DNA of 64,000 bases, taken from an uncultured delta proteobacterium. Lineage in GTDB: Bacteria; Desulfobacterota; Desulfobacteria; Desulfobacterales; SG8-13. Each line of letters opens with the position of its first letter. The stretch's first letter is position 1. The DNA lies in contig CAWKCK010000005.1 of the NCBI GenBank assembly GCA_963848135.1, forward strand, positions 558,001-622,000, read 5' to 3'. Positions 42,583 through 50,621 of the stretch are shown here, in pieces. The position numbers were made by a program, and so were the translations under genes. Below the pieces are notes generated by a model that saw only the letters and a program-made list of their open reading frames with translations, made no database searches and was not told the origin of the DNA.

Positions 42583-42744
42583 TTACAATTCACATTGATC
42601 CTTGCCTTCCGGACACCATCTGCCATATTGATCGATGTACCTGATGTAATCGGACTCAGTCCATTTCTTTGTTCCCAAAGGGGGCAACGGCATCAAAAAC
42701 CGCTTGGCATTAAAAAGATCTACTTTCTCGTCGTATGTCATCAT
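42583..42744 (-). CDS. 53-aa hypothetical microprotein (below ORF-track cutoff)
   Basis: Hand translation MMTYDEKVDLFNAKRFLMPLPPLGTKKWTESDYIRYIDQYGRWCPEGKDQCEL*; weak RBS. Confidence 0.45.
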   Translation of the reverse strand: MMTYDEKVDLFNAKRFLMPLPPLGTKKWTESDYIRYIDQYGRWCPEGKDQCEL

Positions 42745-42854
42745 TTGTTTCCGGCAAGTATCTCAACTATACGCAACAGCACGGTTTTGTTTCGAGATTT
42801 CATAACATCCCAGAACTGACTAGTCTGGCGGTTCACATTCAAAGATACTGGACA

Positions 42855-42968
42855 TCATTTGCAAACCACACAATGGCCACAGCTTGGGCACATGAACTCC
42901 GTGCCGATCAGTTTGCGTTTGCAAATGGTACAGTATTCAGGAATAGCAATTACCTTTTCAGCATTCAT
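42855..42968 (-). CDS. 37-aa triple-CxxC microprotein (below ORF-track cutoff)
   Basis: MNAEKVIAIPEYCTICKRKLIGTEFMCPSCGHCVVCK*; TAAGGA upstream. Confidence 0.7.
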   Translation of the reverse strand: MNAEKVIAIPEYCTICKRKLIGTEFMCPSCGHCVVCK

Positions 42969-43107
42969 TTAGGATAGTTTCCTTATACTCGGATATTTTA
43001 CCGAATGGTTTCCTCCATGAAACCAATCGACGCTGGCATCCATGCGTGTCATAATAGCCTCTGTTTGGCCAGGGGCGAAATCTATGCAGGGGTGTTTTTT
43101 CGCCGCA

Positions 43108-43180
43108 TGAAAAATCCAAGGGTGGTCCACAAAGCGTGAACCACCCTGAATGAAAGGAGGTCAGATGACAAAGGTTACGG
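43108..43180 (-). ncRNA. Candidate small RNA with anti-SD tract and 3' hairpin
   Basis: Minus strand reads ACCTCCTTTC, then AGGGTGGTTCAC-gcttt-GTGGACCACCCT, then TGGATTTTT; promoter not found. Confidence 0.45.
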
Positions 43181-43316
43181 TTATATCGCTATGAGCATTT
43201 GCAACCCTCATCACTTAGTACTGAGCCAAATTGTTCAGAAAGGTTTCAAATCCACAATTACAACCGGCCACTGACTTTGGCCCAACCACACCTCCGACCG
43301 CTGGGAGAGTGCGGCG

Positions 43317-43607
43317 CTAATCGAATCCAAGCTGGCGCGCTTGCTGTTGTGCGTCAGGATTTTCACAGTACTGATGACTTTTGAAAAACATGCAATGGTC
43401 ACCAAAAAAGGACTTATTATAGAATTTACAATGTTTTTGAATATTTCTGTTCGTTGTATTACAAACGGAAGTCACACCTGCCGAGCAGAAGTTTTCCCGC
43501 CGGTTTCCTACGTAAACTTCTTTTTTCTTGTTCTCCTCATTACTTATAACAACCTGAGGTAATAATTCATCCATCGCCGCCGACAAGATAAATTCCGGAC
43601 TGCTCAT
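43317..43607 (-). CDS. 96-aa hypothetical protein with five-Cys C-terminal region
   Basis: AAAGGAG RBS; sigma-54-like TTGGTATGCTTTTTGA upstream at 43675-43690. Confidence 0.65.
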   Translation of the reverse strand: MSSPEFILSAAMDELLPQVVISNEENKKKEVYVGNRRENFCSAGVTSVCNTTNRNIQKHCKFYNKSFFGDHCMFFKSHQYCENPDAQQQARQLGFD

Positions 43608-43916
43608 TGTTGATTGGCTCCCTTTTCCGTTAGCGTATAAAATCTCAGTTATCGCATAAAATTAAAATTTTTAATCAAAAAGCATACCAACATCTATACA
43701 GAATAAATTAAATAAATAATTTCAGTTTGTTAGAACATTTTAATTGGACTGATAGGGAAACATTGGTGGGCCTGAAAGGTGAATTCTCTTAACAGAATTA
43801 TGAAAATTATTACACAGCGGTTGAGTATGTTTTGATGAAAATAAAGAAGTAATAAAGAATGTTGGTAAAGGGTCAAATTTTTAAAGAAATTATTATTTGA
43901 CAGGCCAGATAGAGTC

Positions 43917-44159
43917 TCAATTTCCCATCGAAATTTCACCCAAGTAAACGACATTAGGCTTTTTCGATGATTCATAATTATCAAGAGATCTTTCTAATTC
44001 GTTGGATGTAACAACATCTAAAAGTCTAAATGATTTGTCGGTATGTCTATACCATTCATAAAAACCGCCAAAATCAAATCTGACGTACAATGAGTTACCA
44101 TCAACGGTCAAAAATTTACTGTCAAAATTAACCACATTTTTAATCTTCTTCATATGCAT
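43917..44159 (-). CDS. 80-aa hypothetical protein, low GC
   Basis: AAGGGAAGGA RBS directly upstream. Confidence 0.55.
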   Translation of the reverse strand: MHMKKIKNVVNFDSKFLTVDGNSLYVRFDFGGFYEWYRHTDKSFRLLDVVTSNELERSLDNYESSKKPNVVYLGEISMGN

Positions 44160-44257
44160 TGTCCTTCCCTTTTATGTTCAAGCTGAAAAATATTCACTAA
44201 ATATGCGGGCTAAACCGGGAAACAGCGCTAGTGTTTTCGCTTGACCGTTCGCACAGA

Positions 44258-44407
44258 TCATCTCTTAGCTTTTTGATACTTTTTCAGCAGATCCAGAAGA
44301 GCTTCTTCCAGTAGAGCATTTAATGGTCGTTCAAGGTCAATGGCGAGTTTCTTGACCTCTTTCTGAAGATCATTGTCAATGCTCGTTGTCATATGTTTCC
44401 GAGGCAT
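44258..44407 (-). CDS. Ribbon-helix-helix DNA-binding protein, 49 aa (below ORF-track cutoff)
   Basis: MPRKHMTTSIDNDLQKEVKKLAIDLERPLNALLEEALLDLLKKY: strand-helix-helix pattern. Confidence 0.85.
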   Translation of the reverse strand: MPRKHMTTSIDNDLQKEVKKLAIDLERPLNALLEEALLDLLKKYQKAKR

Positions 44408-44414
44408 AGGATTA

Positions 44415-44483
44415 TATTTATATAATTATATAAATAAATCAATAATAATTTAAATATGTATTTAAATAGATACATATTTAAAT
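44415..44483. promoter_or_regulatory. AT-rich operator region upstream of the RHH gene
   Basis: Perfect 22-bp palindrome 44415-44436; 14-8-14 inverted repeat 44448-44483. Confidence 0.6.
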
Positions 44484-44531
44484 ATATTTTAATTGCTACA
44501 AGCCATCTTAAATAAATTACCTGAGTTGCAC

Positions 44532-44621
44532 AAAAAAAGGCGACCTATCCCGAAAGGGTAGGTCGCCTTGACACAAGAATGAGATTTATACGGTTAATGG
44601 AGGTTTGGCGTTTGCCGAAAC
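44532..44621 (-). ncRNA. Candidate ~90-nt small RNA with own promoter and terminator
   Basis: TTGACA(44656-44651)-17-TAGCAT(44633-44628); 5' hairpin, ACCTCC, GC-rich terminator with T7. Confidence 0.7.
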
Positions 44622-44994
44622 TTTCAAATGCTAAGTCCTACAGACTGGTATGTCAAATAGACTTTTGGGGGCTGGGAAGCGGTGTAATTCTCAGGATACA
44701 TCGACCTATCTATCCGCTCGAACGGATTTTGCCGGATAGATCAACTACCAGATATAGTGGTCGATCTTTTTCCGATTATCGAATATTTAGGGAATGAAAA
44801 ACATAAAATATTAAGGCAGTTAATCCTCGGCGGCGATCATATCTTGTGATACCAGCGATACCCAAACATCATTTGCGCTCAGGAATGAACGGCATGCTGA
44901 AAACCAAGTTCTTATCGCTTCTCTTATTGAGATATTTCAACTTTGGTAGTTAGCACCGCGGAATAGTTCTTACTCGAAAATTCACTGGTTGGCC

Positions 44995-46419
44995 CTAATC
45001 TTCCCGCCCCACCTCGTGGATTTTTATGAGGTTCGTTGCCCCGCTTCTCCGCGCCAGGCCCGCCACAATTATTACAAGATCTTTTTCTTTCACAAATCCG
45101 TTTTCCACAATAATGCGTTCACCTTCATCGATAAGGCTTTTGGTATCATCCAGGGGAGATATCAACAATGGCGTAATCCCCCAAGCCAGGGCCAAACGGT
45201 TATACTGTTTCATGGACGGCGTAAACGCGTAAACCGGTTTCGATGGCCGCTGTTTCGAGATCAACTTGGAAGTTTTTCCGGACATCGAAAAAGTAACAAT
45301 CGCCTTCGCATCCACTTCATGAAGAATATTCACCGCAGATTGTGCCACTGCATGAGTGACCAGATCATCGGGGTCCTTGTCGTACTGGATATTATACCGC
45401 ATAAATGAAGAATGTTCCGCTTCTTCGGCAATGCAGTGCATCATTTCAACGGCTTGCATGGGATACTTGCCGGATGCGGTTTCCCCGGACAACATGATGG
45501 CGTCTGTGCAGTCATAGATGGCGTTGGCCACATCGGAAGCTTCAGCACGGGTGGGCCTGGGATTGTCACTCATGGATTCGAGCATCTGGGTTGCGGTAAT
45601 CACCAACTTGTTTGCGCGCACCGCCTTGTCTATAATATATTTTTGCACCGTCGGCACCTGCTCCGGCCTGAGCTCGACACCCAGGTCCCCCCTGGCGACC
45701 ATGATACCATCGGTGAATTTGAGTATCTCATCGATATTCTCAACCGCTTCGGGCTTTTCTATCTTTGCAATCACCGGAATGTCCGCACTTAGTTGTTTGA
45801 TGATGGATTTTATATGTTTAAGATCATTGGCTGATCTCACGAAAGAAAGCGCAAAATAATCCACTTCCGCTTCAATACCGAAAAATAAATCAGCCTTGTC
45901 TTTTGTGGTCAGGGAAGGCAGGGATACGGCGACACCCGGCAGGTTAATGCCCTTATGCTCCTTTAAAAGCCCTCCGTTTATCACCGTACACTCGACCGTA
46001 TCCTCCGTAACGGAGACTGCTTTTAATTCTATCAGGCCGTCATCCAGAAGAATTCGGTCGTCGGGTTTTACTTCCTGAGAAAATTTTTTATAATCAGTTG
46101 AAATAATTTCCCTTGTTCCTGCGGTGTCTCTCGATGTGATTTGCAGGACCCGGCCGCTTTCGAGCATAACCGGTTCCCCGCCGTCCAGTTTTCCCGTTCT
46201 TATCTTCGGCCCCTGCAGATCGAGTAATATCCCAACCGAAACATTTAATTCCTGAGATAATTCTCTGATGATTTGAATAACCTCCTCATACTGTTCTTGG
46301 GTGCCGTGAGAACAGTTTATACGCGCAACGCTCATTCCCGACGTAATTAGCTGTTTGATCTGCTGTCGTGTATTAGATGCCGGTCCGATGGTTGCAACAA
46401 TTTTGGTTTTGTTTGCCAT
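44995..46419 (-). CDS. pyk: Pyruvate kinase
   Basis: TKIVATIGP, DLQGPKIR, IAKIE, MVARGDLG, TQMLESM, PTRAE, MLSGE. Confidence 0.96.
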   Translation of the reverse strand: MANKTKIVATIGPASNTRQQIKQLITSGMSVARINCSHGTQEQYEEVIQIIRELSQELNVSVGILLDLQGPKIRTGKLDGGEPVMLESGRVLQITSRDTAGTREIISTDYKKFSQEVKPDDRILLDDGLIELKAVSVTEDTVECTVINGGLLKEHKGINLPGVAVSLPSLTTKDKADLFFGIEAEVDYFALSFVRSANDLKHIKSIIKQLSADIPVIAKIEKPEAVENIDEILKFTDGIMVARGDLGVELRPEQVPTVQKYIIDKAVRANKLVITATQMLESMSDNPRPTRAEASDVANAIYDCTDAIMLSGETASGKYPMQAVEMMHCIAEEAEHSSFMRYNIQYDKDPDDLVTHAVAQSAVNILHEVDAKAIVTFSMSGKTSKLISKQRPSKPVYAFTPSMKQYNRLALAWGITPLLISPLDDTKSLIDEGERIIVENGFVKEKDLVIIVAGLARRSGATNLIKIHEVGRED

Positions 46420-46729
46420 AACATCCCTTTCGTTTACCTCGTTGGATCGAATCAATCGGCCCAAATATGGGTGCCTGCGGGTGAGGTGATAGGAACTCGC
46501 TTTTTACGAACGCCCGCATCGATTCCTCCCGAATGTGCCCTTGCGGTTTTATACCCAACATGTGCAGTGCCGGCCGGAATCAGCCAAGAAGACACAGAAG
46601 CCCTACAGCTGCCTGGGTTCGATGTCAAGACGAAATCCCCGGCCAGGTGGTGTTTCGTTCCCTAAACGGTTTAGGGGACTGTCGATCTTGTGAATTTGTT
46701 GATGATTGTATTTTAAATCCAGCAAATGG

Positions 46730-47000
46730 CCGGATGATGGAAATCATCATGGCAACGATGGGGGTATTGTTTAAAAAGGCACTGCCCAGGGCAACCGGCG
46801 GCAGCATTTTGAGTTGGCAGCCGAGCAAAGTTTTGGGCAAGCCAATCAGTTTTTCGGACACCATCCCGATGGCGCCTGTGGTATACATGCCGGCAGCCAC
46901 CATGAACAGAGCACCGATGGTCAACATGCCGGAGTTGGAAAATCCGCGCAGACATTCTTCCAACGGAGCCAAACGAAAAGTGATAACGAGTGTGAGCGCA
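46730..47000 (-). pseudogene. Fragment of an SLC13/DASS-type permease
   Basis: GFSNSGMLTIGALFMVAAG...SAFLNNTPIVAM; about 85 codons, no proper start or remainder. Confidence 0.7.
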
Positions 47001-47246
47001 GAGATAAACGACAGATCAGCTTTAGATTGAGTGTCAGCTTAAAAATAATTAATGCTATGTGGCAAATATTATCAATATTTATGAGGTGTTGATTGGGAAT
47101 TGGTTTATTTAATGAGGGTTTCCAACCTGGAACAATCTTACCATTACAAATCTGCTGTTAGGTACATATAAACGCAATTTACTCTTTCGCAACTTGGTGG
47201 ATTTAGTAATCCGTGAGACACACCATCAGGCTAATTATCTCAGGGG

Positions 47247-47510
47247 TCGGGGAGTTTTTCCCGCCAATGCTGAACCAGAGCGGAGGGAGTGATCAGCAGC
47301 GAAAGCGTGCACTGTCCGAATGCATTAGGCAACTTTGGGAAAGAACAGCGGGAACCCCGGTTATCAGATTCGGATCACAATAAGTGAACCAATCTCAATA
47401 GTTTTATATCATTATGAAATCTGATCTTTCCTTAGGTTGCCTTATGCATGAGTTTGTGCGCTGAAGTCGCTGAGTATTCCCTCCGCTACCGGATGGTGAA
47501 AACTCCCCGA
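47247..47510 (+). repeat. 264-nt rod-like imperfect inverted-repeat element (MITE-like or structured RNA)
   Basis: Four nested stems: TCGGGGAGTTTT/AAAACTCCCCGA; AGCGGAGGGAGT/ATTCCCTCCGCT; AGCGTGCA/TGTGCGCT; ATGCATTAGGCAAC/GTTGCCTTATGCAT. Confidence 0.75.
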
Positions 47511-47597
47511 GGGCTCATTTATCTAATCTTTCAGTTGTCCTGCCTTTACGTATTGTAGAATTGATAACAATCACGAAGACTTTGTGAACCCAGAAAT

Positions 47598-48149
47598 CTA
47601 TAGCGCCGGCGACTCGCAGCTGGTGGTCAAAACGTCGATGTATTCATTTTGGCCTTTGTACAGTCGGCTCATTTCTATAAGGATGCCGGCGATCTGAGCC
47701 AGAGCTTGAACGAAATTCACATCCTCCAAGGTAAATTCCCATTTCTCGGCGGTATAAACCCGGATGGCACCGATGGCCTCATCACCGACAAAGATAGGAA
47801 CCGAAAGTATGGAAGCAATCCCCTCTTTTTTGGCCGCCTCAGGATATTGGATTCGGGGGTCATCGCTGACATCATGAACCGCCACCGGGCCATCTTCAAG
47901 GGAATCGGCAATTGATCGCAAAGCGCTCACTGTCCCTTTGTTTAGATACTCCGTGCTTAATCCTGTAGAAGCGGCCACCTCCAGTTCTTTCGACTGTTGA
48001 TTGATCAGAAACAACGCACATCCCTTTATGCCCAGCACTGTTTTGATACTCTCCACAGTCATTAGAATGATTTTTTCCGGATCCTTCGATTTCGACAGGG
48101 ATCGGGTGATCTTGATGAGCGTTTCATAATTGAGCGTCAAGTTTCTCAT
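47598..48149 (-). CDS. Stand-alone single GAF domain protein
   Basis: DPRIQYPEAAKKEGIASILSVPI...GAIRVY. Confidence 0.88.
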   Translation of the reverse strand: MRNLTLNYETLIKITRSLSKSKDPEKIILMTVESIKTVLGIKGCALFLINQQSKELEVAASTGLSTEYLNKGTVSALRSIADSLEDGPVAVHDVSDDPRIQYPEAAKKEGIASILSVPIFVGDEAIGAIRVYTAEKWEFTLEDVNFVQALAQIAGILIEMSRLYKGQNEYIDVLTTSCESPAL

Positions 48150-48292
48150 CTTTCTCTCCTTGATTTTGGTTGTTCACTGGTTGCGGGTACTATCAATCCG
48201 CACGTTATATAGACATATTAACGATTCAATTTTGCGCACCAAAGCCCGCAATTCAGTTATCTGATTTCATCCTCTGGGGGCGTAGATAAATC

Positions 48293-49339
48293 TCAAAACC
48301 ACATGCGGTGGCTCCAGATTTCCTGCTCAAGACTCTTTTTATCCTCTTGAAGCATCATATGCATTGATGCGTTTTGGATTGCCAGGCCTCCTTGATGGGC
48401 CAGGGCGTTCACAAACATGATTGTATCTTCATGAAAATCTCGCTTTTCGGTGCTGTACAATCTTAACACGCCGATAATATCGTCCTTTGACTTTATCGGC
48501 GCGCAAAGCATTGAGGCAATCCCTTCCTTTAATGTCTCTGCCCTGTACTGAATATCTTTGTCTGTGGCCACATCCTTAATCACCTGAGTTTCGCCCTTTA
48601 GGGCATGGATCAGACATTTAGCAGCTGATACGGGCCCCTTGTTTACGAATTTCTTGCTCAGGCCATGACTGGCCACGAGTTTCAAAGTTTCATCTTCCTT
48701 ATTCAGGAGTCGAATGGCCACGCCCTTCATACCGAGCGAGTCACAGAGATCAGCTGTCAGTTTGTGCAAAATATCCTTTATATCCAGGCTCGAATTGATG
48801 CTGGCCGCCATGTCAAGAAAGAGTTTCGAGTTGCGTCTCATCCGTTCAAACAGGCGGGCATTTTCAATCGCCATGCCCCCATGTTCGGCCATGGCCGCCA
48901 TAAATTCAATCTCTTGGGTGGTAAATTTCTTGGGTTTGGCCATATATAGAGAAAGAATACCGATGGTTTTATTTTTAACGATGACCGCCACAGACAAAAT
49001 GGTTGCAATTCCCTCCGCCTTTTTCGCCTCGTGGTGCTCCAGACGGGGATCTGTGGTGGCATCGAGGAAGTGGAGATAGCCTTTCTTTTTGATCGCAGCC
49101 ACTATTTTTTTGGTTTTTAACGGATTGGCATGCAAGTATGAGTCGGACAATCCCTTTTGAGCCACCGGCACAAACACATCCTTACCCTCATCGGCGAGAA
49201 AGAGACAAGCGGCTTTGCCGCCCATAGTTTCAATGGTGCTGGCAACGATCTGGTCAAGCAGTTCTTTATTATCAAGGGTCGTAGCGAATGCCTTGCTGAC
49301 GCTGCAAAAAGTTTTAAAATAATCGTTTTTCTTCGTCAT
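48293..49339 (-). CDS. Stand-alone tandem GAF-GAF protein
   Basis: Two GLS...EGIA...G.AI.NA repeats; no output domain. Confidence 0.88.
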   Translation of the reverse strand: MTKKNDYFKTFCSVSKAFATTLDNKELLDQIVASTIETMGGKAACLFLADEGKDVFVPVAQKGLSDSYLHANPLKTKKIVAAIKKKGYLHFLDATTDPRLEHHEAKKAEGIATILSVAVIVKNKTIGILSLYMAKPKKFTTQEIEFMAAMAEHGGMAIENARLFERMRRNSKLFLDMAASINSSLDIKDILHKLTADLCDSLGMKGVAIRLLNKEDETLKLVASHGLSKKFVNKGPVSAAKCLIHALKGETQVIKDVATDKDIQYRAETLKEGIASMLCAPIKSKDDIIGVLRLYSTEKRDFHEDTIMFVNALAHQGGLAIQNASMHMMLQEDKKSLEQEIWSHRMWF

Positions 49340-49402
49340 GGTTTATCTCCTCATCAGTTGAAACCGCCTGGCATTAGTCTTTGCTTTTATCCCAGTGATT
49401 CT

Positions 49403-50587
49403 TTAAGGCTGGGGTGACGTTGGCACTGATCCGTTTTTGGCCACATTCTTTTTCGCAGGTTTTTTTATCGATGATGCCTTTTTGGCCCGGCGCTTGGGTT
49501 TAACAGGCTCCCTTTCCTTGAGCCAATTGGCGATCTTGGGCGCGAACTCTTTTTGAAACTTGGAGCTGACATATATTCCAATATGACCCGTTTGCAAACA
49601 AATGTCCTGGGTATCTTTACTACCCACCTTGCTTGTCAGCAGCTCACAGGCGGCCGGTGGGACCAAGTGGTCATACTGACCGTAAAAATTAATCAGCGGC
49701 ATGGTGATTTTTTTAAGATCTACCCGCCGGCCCCCCAGCTCCATTTTACTCTGAATCAGCAGGTTCTTCTGATAACAATCCTGTATGAACTGCCGAAAAG
49801 TTTCACCGGGTACATCCGGACTGTCGAAGATCCATTTTTCCATGCGAACAAAGTTTTCGACAAAGTTTTTGTTGTCCACGTTTTCCAGAAAACCGACGTA
49901 CTTGTCAATCATGAGCCGGGCAGGGTTTAGCAGCAAAAACCCCAGGTTCATGAGATCGCCGGGCATATTACCGTACGTTCTGACCATGCGGTCGGCATCC
50001 ACGTTTTTCATCCAGATGTGCAAAAGTCCCTGGTCGGTGTCAAAGTTAGTCGGGGTCACGGTCGTCACCAGGTTCATGATCTTTTCAGGATGCAGCGCCG
50101 AATACATCACCGAAAAGGCGCCGCCCATGCAGATGCCCATTAAATTGATTTTGGGCAGGTTATGCTTCCGGCGGATAAAATCGACGATGTTGTCCATGTA
50201 ACCGTTCACATGATCATCGATGGTCAGGAATTTGTCCTTGCGGGTCGGATAACCCCAGTCAATCATGTAAAGATCGATCCCGTCGTTTAAAAAATTTTTC
50301 ACGATGCTGCGGCCGGGCTGAAGGTCGAGCATGGTTTCCCGATTGATCAGGGCATAGACCACCAGCAGGGGGGTTTTCATCAATTTATTCTTCGGTAAAA
50401 CCGGATAATAATGCTTTAATTTTACCCGATCCTCCTGGTAGACAACTTCATAGGGTGTCGTAGCAATGGCGGTATCGAGTTCACTCAGCAAAACATCTTT
50501 AGCTTTTTGGATGCGTTCCGGTGCTTTTTCGGCATCCCCGGCCAGCTTGGACAAGATTAGATCCACCGGAATTTTTGATTCAGCCAT
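49403..50587 (-). CDS. phaC: Class III polyhydroxyalkanoate synthase subunit PhaC
   Basis: LLVVYALINR, DLQP, GICMGG catalytic Cys box, DHLVP, GHIG. Confidence 0.93.
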   Translation of the reverse strand: MAESKIPVDLILSKLAGDAEKAPERIQKAKDVLLSELDTAIATTPYEVVYQEDRVKLKHYYPVLPKNKLMKTPLLVVYALINRETMLDLQPGRSIVKNFLNDGIDLYMIDWGYPTRKDKFLTIDDHVNGYMDNIVDFIRRKHNLPKINLMGICMGGAFSVMYSALHPEKIMNLVTTVTPTNFDTDQGLLHIWMKNVDADRMVRTYGNMPGDLMNLGFLLLNPARLMIDKYVGFLENVDNKNFVENFVRMEKWIFDSPDVPGETFRQFIQDCYQKNLLIQSKMELGGRRVDLKKITMPLINFYGQYDHLVPPAACELLTSKVGSKDTQDICLQTGHIGIYVSSKFQKEFAPKIANWLKEREPVKPKRRAKKASSIKKPAKKNVAKNGSVPTSPQP

Positions 50588-50621
50588 AATGTCCTCCTTT
50601 ATGTTTCTAAATCTGAGGTTC

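Noticed and set aside
42735..42977. 80-aa plus-strand ORF from the track
   Set aside because: Overlaps the better-supported minus-strand CxxC microprotein
43165..43194. 9-aa ORF MTKVTVISL after AAAGGAGG, as a type I toxin
   Set aside because: Too short for a membrane toxin and RBS spacing is tight; hairpin polarity favours a minus-strand RNA, though not fully excluded
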